Source of the DNA: Lama glama
Taxonomy: Eukaryota
Reading direction: 5' to 3'
Length of the DNA stretch: 64,000 nucleotides
Assembly (NCBI GenBank): GCA_028534125.1
Contig: CM052851.1
Coordinates: forward strand, 248,001 to 312,000
The notes under the pieces were generated by a model that was not told the origin of the DNA, did no database searches, and worked only from the letters and a program-made list of their open reading frames with translations. The translations under genes and the position numbers were made by a program. The stretch's first letter is position 1. Every line of letters starts with the position of its first letter. Positions 34,500 to 47,649 of the stretch are shown in pieces.

Positions 34500-37400
34500 A
34501 TGGCCCCCGAGTCTTGTCAGGAGGCTGAAGGAGCCGAGAAGGAGGCTCTCCCAGTCCTGGTGGACCGAGAACCTGTCAGTGGCCACATAGGGCCTCCAGC
34601 TGGTGCACCTGCTGACCCGGTGGCTCCTGCGCGCCCTCAGGACACCAAATGCAGCTCCACTAGGGTGGTCTTCTCCATCAACCTGCAGTAAGGAGGGGAG
34701 GGGGTGGTCAGCCACTCGGGCCAGGCCAGCCAGAGAGCAGGGTCCGATCAAGAGGAAGGGGCGCTGGCATTCCAGGTTGGCCCCGGAGTCCCTGGACCCA
34801 CACACTCTGCGGCTGCTGTGGGGGCAGCGGGAGCTGGAGATCCAGGCCCTGCGGTGGGCCATCCAGAAACCCCGGAATGGCCGGCACTACCATATCCTGC
34901 GGGAGGTGGCTGGGCTTCCACCTGAGAGGTCAGCAGTGAAGCCCTAGTCCTCCAGCCCCACCCAGTCCCTGCCCTGGCCCAACTCCTGGTTTATGTCTGA
35001 CTCCAACCTCAACTGCTGAGCCCCATTCCAGCCTGACCCCAGCCCAGACCTGGACTCTAGCCCCAGTCCTTACCTGACCCTAATCCCCAACCTAACCCTG
35101 AAGAAGTCACTATACTGTAAACCCACCTAGACCCGAACTCTGAGCATTCCGGTGGGTACTAAACCCAACCTAGACTCCACCTCTGACTCAGACCTCTTCA
35201 GAGTCTGACAGCTTGACCCAGTCACAGTCTGTGCCCTCAGAACCCTAATGACAGTGAGGAGGAGTTCCTCCTTCTCTCCTCCTTGGCTGCTGGGGGGGTG
35301 GGGGGTGGGCGCTGAGATTGCCCCTTCCCCCAGGAGCTCACGCAGTCAGGAAAAGTTCCTGCAAAATCAGGTCCAAAAGCTGACTCTGCAGTTGAAAGAG
35401 CAGAAGGAACAGGCCCAGCTGGTAAGGGCTGTAGGGGAATCCAGGAGTTGGGTGTGGGACCCAAGCTGGGGTGAGGGTCAGGGGCCAGGCAGGGGTAGCC
35501 TTGGGGGCCAGAGTCTGGAGAAGACCCCACCCACCAATGGGCTGTCCTGGACCAGGAGAAGGCACGCCTGGAGGAGCGGCTGCTGCAGATGCGAAACATG
35601 CTGCAGCAGATGGAGGCCGAGTTGCAGGCCTTCCGGAAGTCCTGCCTCCTGCAGCTGGCCCGCTCCTCCTGGGTGGGCCGCATACTGAGATCTTCAACGG
35701 GCAGTGTGGAGGTGAGCCTGTGCCCCTGGGGCCCTGCCCTACTCAGCCCGCCCTCCTTGGTTTTCCCTGGGACAGCCAGCATGTCCCCTTCAGACTGGTG
35801 CTGCTGGGGGGCCCTGGCTGGTCTGGGACTGGGACTACAAGCGCTGTGGTCCCACCCACCTGACACTTGGCAATTGTGTGCCTCAGGTGCTAGTGAGGTC
35901 AAAGTGGAGAGTTGTGTTGGGTGGAGGGGTGCCCTTTCCCCCAAGCCCCTGCTCAGTGGCCTCCTGTCCCCTTTTGCAGGTGGTGACGGCAGAGACCCTG
36001 ATGGACCCCAGCGACCTCTCTGAGAGCGATCAGGCCCCCACTGCTGGGGAGGTAAGCAAGCCCTCCAAGTGTGTTCATGGCTCTGCCATCCTGTGGGGGC
36101 AGGGGGGGCAGTGCCACATATCTGTTGCTTTTTGGCAAGAGTTTCCGGCTGGAGGATGTGGACTGGAACAGCATCGCTCACCAGTACCCCAACCTCTTCA
36201 CCAACATCAAGTCCAACTCAGATCAAAAGTAACTGCACTGTGTGGGGACCCCCCAGGGGCAAGGAGAGGGCTCGCCTTGGCAGGTGTGGACCACAATCCC
36301 AGTTCTACCCTTTAGTGTCCCTGGACAGGTCACTTAAACCTTCCAAGCATCATTCTCTGAGCTGTATGATGGGTTAGGGATGAAGGGAAAAGGCTCTGGG
36401 GCCATCTCTGTCCAGCCATGAGCCCTTTCCCCATGCAAGGTCCTCAGGACTGGGACCACAGCTTGGTGTGCTCTGCCCACCTTGGGGAGGTTGGGTGGGG
36501 GTGGGCTGGTGTCCAGGAGCCAGAGCCGCGGACAGCAAGCTGATCTTGGCCCACAGGCGCCCTTGGGCCCCACCGCCCCCACAGCTCCCACCAGCCACAC
36601 TATCTGACCAGCAGAGCTCGGAGCTGTGCTGTCGGCGCAGGGAACAGCGTCTCAAGAGTGTACAGTGGAGCTCCCTGCCCTTGGTTGGCAACAGCAGTTC
36701 AGGGAGCACTGGCTCCGAATCCAGCAGCTGCCAGCTGGCTGCGTGTAATTGCGTGCAGAAAGTGACAGGGGACCATCCCCAGGCACCAGGCTGCACTTCT
36801 GAGCAGATGGAAGCACAGGCATGGAGCCTTTGCGAGGACAGTCAGGCAATATCTGAAGGTGAAGTGGGATGGGTCTCCTCTGGTGGCTCCCCCGTCCCCA
36901 GGCCTGTGATTTCTGCCCAAAGCTATAAAGGACATCCCCCAGCCTCCAGGCCTTCATAGTAGCCAGGTGCCAGGCAGTTGAGGGCCTCTCCAGCCCCATC
37001 CCTAGGGGTTAGGGTGGTCTTGGAGGACTCCTGCCATTGCCTTGGTGCTCTGGCTCAAATCCATCCCCCCCACCAACAAGTACAGCAAGCTACGTCTCTG
37101 CTTCCATCAGCCACCACGGTCCAGCTATCCCTCCTGCCTAGGATCTGACCCCCAGCACTGCTCTTCTGCCACCTGGACCCTCAGGGTGCTGCAGGCCAGG
37201 TGTGGTCTCACAGGAGATGTCCCCAGTGGATGCTCCATTGGGGCGGCCCCCCCCCCAGACCGGCCTTCTCTCTGTAGATCTCCGGAAAACCCACTGGGGC
37301 CAGCAGGGCAAGACCGTCCAGGTGCTGGAGTCCAGTGAGGATCCCCACCCCCAGGAGCCCCGGCGCTGTCTCAGGTGAGAAGGGGACCCCGCCCACCTCC

Positions 37401-38814
37401 AGGGGCTGGGAGCAGGTCTCCTAGCGGGACCAGGGCTGGAGTGGCAAAACTTGTCTGCACGGTGCTGCTGCCCCAGCCCCACCGGCTCCTGCCTGAAGAT
37501 CGTGGCCGTGAGCCACCGCCAGAGGTTCGTGCGCATCCTCAACCAGTCGCTGGAGGAGACCGCCAACATGAGTGGCTTCGTGCTGCGGCAGCTGGTGCGC
37601 GACTTCCCTGTGTGCATGTACCGCTTCCCACCTGGCACCCTGCTGGCGCCACAGCACCACATCACGGTGCGTTCGGCTCCTCGCGCCCTTCGCGGCCCCG
37701 CCCCGGCCCCCGCCGCCCCTCACCCGCCGCCCGCGCCCTTCCCAGGTGTGGGGCGAGGCGCCCGGCAGCACCAAGCAACAGCCGTCCTCCTCCTTCGGCC
37801 GGGAGCCCGTCCGCTTCCACTCCAGCCGGGGCTGCGTGACCCTCCTTCTGAACCTCCAGGGCGAGGTCAGTGCGGATCCCGCGGGGACAGGGTTGGCCTT
37901 GCGGGGTAGGGGTGACCACCATGCCCTCATGGCCCCGCAGGTCCTCAGCGAGCACCAGGCTCCGCACTGCGGGGCCCCCATCTCGAAGGTCTTCGCGGAC
38001 AACACCAACTTGTCCATCGACCGTTTTCCGCTCTTGGAGGCCAGGCCTGGTGCCGACTTCGTCGGGCAACGGCTCCAGCCTCGACCCCCGCGAAAGGGCC
38101 GGGCGCGGGAGGCCCGGGCCGGGCGCCAGAGGTCGGGGTGGGGACCGCGGGTTCCTCGGTCCGTGCCTCCCCCCACAGGCCCCGATCAACAAAGACCCCA
38201 TCCCACTGCTAGGCCCGTCCCTGACCTCTCCGGGCCCCCCACCTCCCCAAGTCCCGCCCCTCCAGGCCCACCCTTTCCCGCGGGTGGTCTCTGTCCCTCA
38301 CCACCCCTTCTCCCCTCCCCAGGACCCGGGTCCAGCTGCCAAGCTTGAGCACCAGCAAGCTCTTACGCCAGCGGGAGGTGTCAGTGCGCCCTGAGGGCGC
38401 CAAGACCCACCTAGAACTCCTGCCCGCCATCCTCGGTGAGGGCGCGGGGGGGGGGGTTAGGGACGTGGAGAGGGGGCGGACAGCGAGGAGGGGGCACCGG
38501 CGACGACCCCACCCCATCACTGTCCTGCGCAGAGGCGAAGCCGGGCCTCGATGACGGCCAGGCTAGGAAGGAATGCAAGGTCCGGGTGAGTGCGGACGCG
38601 GGGGTCCCGGCAGCCCCGGCCCCTTCCTCGTCCTACAGGCCCCGCCCCCGCCCAGGACGCCTCTCAGGCTCCGCCCCCTCAGGTGTGCTGGAAGAGCGTG
38701 GACCGCGGCTGTCCCATGGTGGCGCTGTCGGTGCAGAGCACCGCCGAGAGCAGGTTCGGCTTCCGCTTCCTCAGCTGCCCGCCCATCATCGCGGACGCGG
38801 GCCGGCCGGTGTAA
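34500..38814 (+). CDS. LMNTD2: Lamin tail domain-containing protein 2 (about 649 aa); exons 34500-34687, 34776-34928, 35334-35421, 35556-35711, 35980-36051, 36140-36228, 36557-36858, 37278-37374, 37477-37666, 37746-37865, 37941-38137, 38323-38435, 38533-38585, 38683-38814
   Basis: SLDPHTLRLLWGQRELEIQALRWAIQ, KSCLLQLARSSWVGR, FRLEDVDWNS, lamin-tail domain LKIVAVS...YRFPPGTLLAP.HHITVWG, C-terminal STAESRFGFRFLSC. All splice phases compatible. The start codon is less certain. Confidence 0.92.
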
Positions 38815-38927
38815 GGCCGGTGGGGAGCGGCCGTCCAGGCGACTGGCTACCCCCAGCCGTCTCCGTGACTGCAGGGCAGGGCCGTACGGGAAGAAAGCGC
38901 CGAAGGCCGGCGATGCTAGCTGCATAA

Positions 38928-38958
38928 TTTATTGAATCAACACCGCCTCCCAAGTAAA
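38928..38958. terminator. Convergent polyA signals: AATAAA (-) 38928-38933 for LRRC56 and AGTAAA (+) 38953-38958 for LMNTD2
   Basis: TTTATT and AGTAAA about 20 nt apart between the two convergent stop codons. Confidence 0.6.
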
Positions 38959-39569
38959 CTACATTTCTGTACCTGAGTCGAAAATGATTCCCTTGGTTTC
39001 CGGGTGTCCTGCCCCAAGAGAGGGGAACTGGCTGCCCCATCCCCGTGGGAGAACCCACAAGTCCACCAGGATGGGAGATCTGGCTGCACCCTGGTTGGCC
39101 CGGGGCAAGCGCCTCCACTCAGGACCACAGCAGCCTAAGCGTGGCTCAGAGTCCTGGGGCAGCTGGAGGGCCAGCCAGGAAATGGACGGGGCCCAGCTCC
39201 AGCCATCTCGGTCTGGGCCCAACCTTCCCTCTTCTAGGCCTGTTCCTCTTAGGAAGGCCAGGCCACATGGAAGGAGTGGGTAGCTGGGCCAGCAGTAGGG
39301 CGCTGGGCTGTCCTGTCCTGGGCTCTCCCTCTGCCCACCCCCTGGCAGTCCCAACTCCTGACTTTACTCCACCAAGAGGACCCTCTCCTGTGCCAGGTCC
39401 ACTCCCCACCCCCTCCAGCACACTTGCCCAGATGCTCTGCAAGCTGTGAGGCTAGAGTTCAAATGGGTGCTCCCATGACCACAGTGGGACCTCTTGACCA
39501 GCTCCCAGGCCAGCCTGGCAGTAGGTGGGAGTTTCCAGTGGGGGTGGGATTGGGCCGGGCTGATGAGGT

Positions 39570-42500
39570 TCAGGTGCGACACGCACTGGAGGCTGGGGGT
39601 CTGGCTGCTGGATCTGGTGCTGGCTTAGGGCCTGGACGTCCTTTGGCTGAAGGGCTGGAGCCTGAAGCCACCTCCAGCGCTCTCAGAGCACTCATTGCAG
39701 CCAGCCCCCGACCCAGGCCAAGCCCCCCACTCTGTCCAGGCCCCAAGCTACCGAGGGCTCTGAGCCGACGCCCCCGGAACTGCAGATCTGTGGACCCCAA
39801 GGAGCTGCTGCCCCTGTCAGGTGACATGAGGGACTTGGGGGGAGAGGGGATCAGGTTGTACCCCACGGTCCTGGAAGGCTCTGGAAAACAAGGAAAGAGA
39901 CAGCATGTCAGACAAGAGGTCCCGGGGAATCATAATAGGGGTGGCCAGAGGGCTGCAGTGTCTGCTGTGGCTCCTCCCTTAGGCCTTCACTCCCCTTCCC
40001 AAGGCAGCACCCTTGCCCCACTTCCTGTACTCCCCAGAGAAGTTGTGGCCCTCAGCCCTGTGACCTCTGACCTTTGCTTGAGCTGGACCCACCTCTGGGG
40101 AGGCAGAGGCCACAAGGTTGGGCTCTGGCTTTGGGTCACTGGGCCCCATCCCCAAGGGTGTGCTCATGGGCTGGTGGCCCTGGGCCAGTTCCCAAACGTC
40201 TCCTATAGAGAATGAGGCCCTGGTACCCACCTGAGGGCAGGCGAGGTAGGTATGGCCATGGTCACCCAGTGCCCACCTGGACCTGGACTGCAGTAGGAGG
40301 CCCTGGTGCCCCTCGTCCCTCACTGGCTGTCACTACTTCAGCCACGCCTCCTCCTGGCTGCCTGTTGGCTCACCCTCCACCCTCCACAGGGTAGCTGGCT
40401 GTGGACCCCTCTCAACCAGCTGTTCTCGGGGCCCCCTTTCTCCAGCCCGGCCCCAAGGCACCAGGCGGCACATGGATGTGCAGAGCTTGGGCCTGTCCCT
40501 GCTCCATCCTGGCCCCCTGACGCCCCCCTCCACAGGTTGGTCATTTGGCCAAGCCTTCAGCCTACACTCCTGCTGCCCCTGCTTACAAAGACCTCCCCAG
40601 GTTTGCCAACCCAGCTGTTCTGACAGTCAGGTCAGACCCTTCCTCCAGGAAGCCTCCCTGGGCCCCACTGGGTGAGGGGTCTCTCTGCCTCACAGCCCCT
40701 GCACTTGCTCCACTCAGCCATGGTCACTCTGAAGCCAGTGTCCCTGAGGGACAGCCTCACCTGGCTTAATTCTGTGTTCCAAGCTGGGCCCAGACCCCGT
40801 CTGCAGGAGAAGGGTGGCCCCTCTGCCTTGGTCTCCTGCCCGCCTGGCGGCCTCCTTCCCTTTGCTGGCCTTCTGTCCCACCCAAGAACTTCCCAGTGGG
40901 CCTGTCCTGGGCCCTCGTGGCACCCTCTTTCAGTCCGGGCCCCTCTGGCCTCTGCTTACATTGCCCTTCTCCAGAGAGCCCTCTCCCTCCCTCTCTGTGA
41001 CCCAGCCCTGGTGGCCTAGTAGTGGCCTTGTGGTCCCATGGCTCAGAGGAGGAGGACTTGGCATTGGAATCCCTTGGTTGTGCGCCTCCACCCCCAAGAG
41101 AGGCCCTCCCTGTAACACCTGTGTCAGAGCCTGGCTAGCGAGGCACTGAGTTAGTGCAGCTGGTCTGAAGGGTGTGAGGTCACTCTGGGTACCTGTGCCC
41201 AGGCTTGAGGGGCGAGGGGGAGTCTTGGGCCCAGCCTTGTTCTCTTGTTCTTCAGGGCCCCTCTGTGGGCCCCCAGGAACTGTGGCCCCTGCCTTCTGGG
41301 ACTCCAGGCACCTATGGGGGAGAGGTCTGGGGTGCGGGGAGGGGTAAAGGCTGCAGCCCTGCCCTCCTTTGGAGCCAATTCCAAGTGAGTGTGACTCTGG
41401 GATGGTCCCTTGTCTTAGGCTCCCATGACCAGCCCCTCCAGCCACCTGGGGGACCAGGGACCACTTAGCCAAAGCAGGTTCCAGCCATGAGCCCCGACCA
41501 GACAGGACACATGAGGTAGTGGGGCTGGGGTGGGGATGGTGAGGAGCACCCACCGCATACACAGCCCCCTCAAAGCCTGAAGCCTGGCCAGGTGGTCACA
41601 ACTGTCTGCAGGGTCAGGTGCTGGGCTGGAAGCCCTGGTGGCTAGGCCTTCTGGCCTGCATGGGGGCAGCTTCTCTGGGTGCACCCGGGCCTGGGAAGGG
41701 AAAGAGCTGGTTTAGGGGCACTGCCTTTGAGGAGGCTGGTGGGCAGTGGCTTGGAGGTAGAAGGCCTTATTCAGCTGTAGAGGGTGTGAGGAGCTGGGGG
41801 CCCAGGCCCAGGATGCTGGCCCACTGCGGAGGCAGGGTGTACCTGGCCCTGGTGCCGGTGTTCCTGCAGGCCTTTGCTGGGGTTCCCGCAGAGGACTCGG
41901 CCGGTGCCTGGAGAAGAGGGTGTGGCTAGTCCTGGCTTGGGGCTGAGGGGCTCCAGGGTCAGCTTTGGGCCCAGGTGGGTCAGATACCGTGGGTAAGGTT
42001 GCTGGCATGGTCCTCTGGGGCCTCGCTCTTGGGAAGAAGGTCTTCAGGCAGGGGACCCCCAGGGACCAGCAGAGAGAGGGGCCAGGGCCTCGGGGCCCAG
42101 GGCTGGATCTCAGGCAGGCACGGCTCAGGGCCGAGTCTTCGACTGGGGGATCCGTAGGGATGATCTGCCCAAGGGAGAAAATCAAAGGTCACCAAGGCCC
42201 ACACCAGCTGGCCAGCCTGGGAGCCCCCAACTGACCTCTGTCCACAGAGCAGGGACCCTGCCACCCAGCATCTGTGTGCCCCAAGCCCAGTGCCATGGAG
42301 CAGCAGGTTCAGCCTTCCTTTCCCTCTTTGGATGGTGGGGGAGGCACCCACCAGGTGCGGCTAATGGGGAGGCTGTCCTGGCCCCAGGGCAGGTGTGCAG
42401 GGCTCTGAGGATGAGGGGCTAAAGCTCAGAAGGGACAGAAGGTGCAGCTGTCTCTGAGAGGCCTGTGGCGGGGGGAGGGGGTAGTGGCTGAGGGTGGAGA

Positions 42501-43925
42501 CCTCTCCTGCTGGGGGTGTCAGGGAGTAGGGACCTCCTCTGAGCCTCAGAGGTGAGGTCTCTAGGCAGGGTGGGGCAGCCCTCACCGGAGGCCAGGTGGA
42601 TGGTGGCCGCAACCAGCCTGGGAAGCAGGCTGTCCAGGGCGCTGCCCTCCTTGATGGCCTCCTTCACCATGAGCCAGTCCTTGTCCAGTTTCCACGAGGT
42701 CGGCAGGCTTGGGTGCACGGCTGGCACCTCATCCAAGACCTGCAGCTGGGGGATAAGCTGCCTCACCTCTGCCCGGTAGTCGTAGCCCTGGGGCGCCTGT
42801 AGTGTCAGGGAGGGGGGCCACCAGGCTAGCATCATCCTGCAGCCGCCTCCCCCAGACCCACTGTGGGCAGGGGAGCTGGGGGCTGCTGATGCTGCCCCAT
42901 TCTGGACAGGCTGTCAGGCTGGCCTGGGTCACTTTGGGACACCAGGGACCGCAGCAACCCTGGGCTCCCACCCATAGATGACCTCACTCTCCAGGCTCAC
43001 TGCCAGGGTCCAGGGGTGCCCTCTGGACTGTGGAGCTGCCCTGAGCTCTGAGCTCTGGCCCAGTGGGCGGCCACTCTGCACTGGCACCGGGGAGCAGCTG
43101 GGCAGGATGTGTTATCTCCAGGCATGTGTGAGCAGTGCAGGGGTGCGTGCAGCGGTGGGGGGTGTGAACAGGCCCTCGACACATCAGTGCATTTCTGCAG
43201 GGGATGGGGGGCTCTGACGGGGTCTGCAGAGTGTGTGTATGAGAGTATGTATTTGTGTACACAACTCTGTGTGGAGACCGTAGAGAATACATGTGCTTCC
43301 ACTGGCACGTGCACAGACCTCAGGGGCCTGGCATGCCCTTTGTAGTCCCTTCCTGGCAGCTGCCGGGCCTCCAGCAACACGGGAGAATGAGCTCACAGTA
43401 AATGAGCCATAGGGTGCAGGAGGGCGTGCCCTGGGGGTGTGCCACGGGGTCAGATGGGCAAAGAGGTCCCCGGGGCCACGGGGGTCCACGGGAGGGCCAC
43501 GGGCTGGAGCCACAGAGCCCTGCCCCGTCCTGTGTGCGCACACCTCGTTGGAGGAGCCTGGGCCCGGCTGCAGGCACATGGGGTTGCCCTCCAGGGTGAG
43601 CGTGGCCAGCCTCGGGCACAGCTGCAGGTAGCACAGCTGGCCCAGGTCCTCCACGCAGTTGCCCTCCAGGTCCAGCACCTCCAGCTGTTCGAGCAGGCAC
43701 AGCGGGCTCAGGTCCGAGATGTCGTTGTAGGAAATGTAGAGTTCCTGGGGCAGGACGGGGTCCTCAGCCAGGCAGGGGGCAGGGCCTGGCCTGGTACCGC
43801 CCCCCAGCCCACGGTGCTGCAGACCCACCTTGAGGGCCGGGAAGGAGCTGACGCCATCCAGGTCGGCCAGGCCACAGCGAGCCAGCCACAGCACCTGCAG
43901 GCGGCCCAGGGAGGTGCCCAGGTCT
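39570..43925 (-). CDS. LRRC56: Leucine-rich repeat-containing protein 56, 3' partial; exons 43829-43925, 43544-43744, 42586-42796, 41988-42164, 41843-41907, 41554-41690, 41193-41326, 39570-39880
   Basis: DLGTSLGRLQVLWLARCGLADLDG, YNDISDLSPLCLLEQLEVLDLEGN, LRRcap YRAEVRQLIPQLQVLD, VLCGNP.KGL, STDLQFRGRRLR. The N-terminal coding exons are not in this contig. The donor at 42586 was chosen because it gives the phase needed by the next exon. Confidence 0.93.
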
Positions 43926-44649
43926 CTGCAGAGGGCAGGGTTGGCTGGTCAGTGCCGTCCTGGGTGGAGGGACGGGCAACTGTGGACATGAAGGCCTTGT
44001 GCCACGTCTGAGCCCATCCACCACCCACATCGGCTGTCTCCAGGCCCAGGGGCTCTGCGACTGGCTTGTGGCGGAGTTCCTGCTCCCTGCCTTCCCTCCT
44101 TGCTGCAGCCGCCTGGCCTTGGGCAGGGGCAGAAGTTCCTTTATCTTGTCCACCCCCTGGGGGGCTGGGGCCGGCCACAGCTGTGGGGAGCTGCCCTGGT
44201 GCCAGAGAGCTACTGCCTGCTTCTGAGGGGGTGGGTGAGGCGTCCCCTTCCTGGGGGGGGGCGGTCAGCCAGGGTGTCCTTCCTTCCCCTCTCCCCCGGC
44301 CCTCCCCCTGCCCAGCTGTGCCTGCAGGCTCTCCCCCGCCACCTGCCGGTGCCCCGGACTAGTGTCTGCCACCTTCCCTGGGGCAGGCCGGGGCTTTCCC
44401 ACCCTAAAACAGCAGGCCTCCTGCCCCCGACCCCTCTGGGCCCCCAGGCCCGACACTACAAGGTCCTCTCAGCCTGGGCGTCCCTCCTCTTCTGTCAGGG
44501 CACTAGCCCACCACAGCATGTCCTGTCCACCGGCTTCTGGGATGTTCCTGAGGGCTTGGCTTTTGTGTTTTCTCTCCTCTAGGTCTCTGTGCTCACATCG
44601 GGAGCTTGGCCAATCCCACGTTCTCTGGGAAGGACCTGCTCTCGTCCCT

Positions 44650-46110
44650 TCTCCCTCCCATCTCCATCTCGGCCTTTCCCCTGCTTTCTGGGAGAGTTCC
44701 CTGTCTTCCAACGCTGCTAGTAACTTTCTTGTTGGCCTTCACACATTTAATTCCTCAGAGCCCTTCTTGCTCGCTGACCTTTGTTCATAGCCTGCTGTTC
44801 TTGTCTGAAGAGGCAGAGGAGCCACATCTCCTTCCACGTCTTGGAACTCTCACTGAAGGCTCCCGGACCGCACTCCCCTCCCGGCATTGTCTTTTTCCTC
44901 CCAGGGGTCTTTGGGTCTGCTTTGACGTGTCCCTTTCATGCTACAGGTGCCGCAATATTTCTAATTATACTGTTGACAGCTTCTCGGGCACTCAGATTGG
45001 GAGTGAGGGTCTGAAATGTTGCTTGGAAGCGCTGAGCAACTGGGGACAGCGATGAGGGGGTGAGGTGGCTTCCCTGGGGGTACCAGTCGGTGGAGGTGGT
45101 GAGGGACCCCACATGGCCCCAAATGGGTTCTGCTGTGCTGGCCACCCTGCCTCTGCCGCCCGGCTCCAGCCGTGCTGACCCCCAGAGACCCTGAATCACA
45201 CCCACACTTTGGCACCTGGGGATTTGGCACTTTCCCTTCCTCCTGCTTGGAGGGCTCTGCCTCCTCCCTGGTCCACGCGGAGGGGCCCTCACCTCTCAGG
45301 TGTTCCTGGCAGCTTCACATTTCTGCATGGCCTGGTGAATCCTTCCATTCATCTGGTTCGCAAATTCCCCTTCAGTTATGTCTCATCCACCACTTAACCT
45401 GCACTCTGTGTTTCCAGGTTTTGTTCTGCTCTGCAATCTCTACCTTTGCCTTAGCCTTTGTCCTTTAGTTACAGAGATTCCAGGTGTAGCCCCGTCTGCT
45501 GCCTTAAAGGGATTTTCCAATTACCTCTTAAGTGGCTGAAATGTGTGTCCGGTGATTTCCTTAAGAGGGGCGAATCAACTGTCTTCCCCGCCTCTGACGC
45601 TTTCCGGGATGCCGGCTGGTGGGAAACCTTCGGCTCACGCCTTCTTCCCACTGTCACTCCACTGTCTTCTGGCCTTGAGTATGTCTGTGTGGAAGTCTGA
45701 GGGGAACTTCATTTTTTTCTGCGTAAGGGAAGACCTGATCTGTTTACTTGGCTGCCCCCCAGTTTTGTCTTCATCTTGGAGCCCAGTGCCTGTATTAGGG
45801 TATGTTTCAGTGTTGGCGGTTCAGTTTCAGTTTTCTTTCGGTCTGTAGATGAAAGGCTGCTTTTATGTCCGACAAGTTTTCTTTACGTTTTAGACATTGG
45901 TTCTGATCTGTCGTTTCTGCTTGCTTCTGCAGAGACGAGGCACGTGCCTCCGTCTGTCTGCCTTCTCCGGGATTTTTTCAAACCCCATTCGCAGCCACGT
46001 GGTTTTACTCATGTTTTCACGCCCGTCTTGCCCACGGTGTCTCAGATGGGGTTTCCTGTGGTATTTCTTTCAAGCTTGTCTTCATTTCCCTGACGGTCCT
46101 CTTGTTTGAT
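44650..46110 (-). mobile_element. Degenerate L1 fragments (antisense) in LRRC56 intron
   Basis: T-rich, L1-like remnants (gttttgttctgctctg, gtggaagtctgagg..aacttcattttt); boundaries approximate. Confidence 0.4.
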
Positions 46111-46259
46111 TCCATGTCGTCCAGAGTCCCGTCCCTTGTCCTGCCTGTGGCCTGTGGTTCAGCCTGAGAGCCGGCCTGGACCTGGCTGCCTGGCCGGGAG
46201 CCCCAGGCTTCCTCTGGGTGGCTTTGTGCCCTCGGAAAACGGGGACCCAATTACGGTAG

Positions 46260-47200
46260 AAGAATAAAGGTGCAGATGATCAGTAGATTTTGCATCATCG
46301 CAGATTGAGTGAAAAAGTTACCAGATACATACAACTAATGAGAAAAACAAAGCACATACAATCTCTGGGACCCTGCCTGAGGCTGTACACAGAAAGTTCG
46401 ATTTTGAATATATTAACCGGAACACTGGAAGGATTAGAACAATGAAGCTCAGCATTCAGCTCGGGGGGCCAGAAAAAGAACAGTGAATAACAAAAAGAGC
46501 TAGAAGGAAAGACTTGATGAAGATCAGAATGAAAGCAGTAGGAGCTGGAAAAATCAAAGGGCCCAGAGCGACTCTACCAAATTGATAGAGGATCCTCTGG
46601 CAAGACTGCTCAGGGATAAAAACAAAGACGACATGCATAAACACATGGAATTTAAGAAGGGGAACACTTAGGGCCACAGCAGCAATTTAAGACAACAAAA
46701 GACCACTATGAACAACTATGTGCCCACCGTCTGGAAAACCCAGGCAAGCTGGCACCAAAAGAGAAAACTTCGACTGGGCTAATAGCCACTAAAGAAATCA
46801 AACGGAGATGAACACTCCCCACGCCGCCAAGCCCACAGGTCTGGGCCAGTTTTAAAAGGAAGTTTGATCATGGAATAGACACTCTGTCTCCTACAGTCAT
46901 TTCTTGTGCAGGGAGCGTCAGACAACCCAGCAGTTGAGAACAGTCAGAGGGAGGGTCCCTTTTGAGTCGGTCCTCGATTCCAGAACCAGAGAAGTGCAAA
47001 CGAGGGAATTCAAGGGCTGTCACCCAAGAAAACAGGTGACAACTGCTGAGCAAATACTATTTTAAAGTTACAGTGATTTTTTAAATACTTCATCACCAGC
47101 AGGTATGTCAGTGCAGGAATGGAAGGGTGAATGACCATCACAGAATCCGTCACTGGAGTCTAGTTGGTTAATGGGCCAAAGGAGAAGTGTCATTTTATGG
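46260..47200 (+). mobile_element. Degenerate L1 ORF2 fragment
   Basis: caatctctgggac...aagctcagcattcagctc...gaaaaagaacag...ctctggcaagactg...actatgaacaactatgtgcc are typical L1 ORF2 remnants. Confidence 0.7.
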
Positions 47201-47649
47201 TCATGTCAGTAGACACACAGGGACTCAGACACGTGCCCACCAAGGTCAGGAGCAAAGCAAGCCTGCCTGCCACTGTCACTGCTGCTGGTTAACAGCGGGC
47301 TGGCCAACGGCCCTGGCCAGGCATAGGGCGGAAAGCAGCGGGGGGGCAGAGCGAATGGCAGTGCCCACTGCTTGCTGATGGTACGGCCGTCAGCACAGAA
47401 GCCCCAGTGGGATCGACCGATCACCTGAATTACTGTGAGCTTGGCGGTATCACAAATGCACAGTAAAGGGACAGAGCTGTCAGAGGTGACAGACCCAGTT
47501 ACCCAGGTCAGTGGTGTCTTCCTGATTTAACACATCTATTCTAAACCAGCAGAATGCTTCTCTTCACGGGCAATACTCAGCCAGAAAACACAACAGAGAC
47601 AGGGCTCCATGCGTGATTGCAGAGCTACTACAAACAGGTGGGAGTTAAT

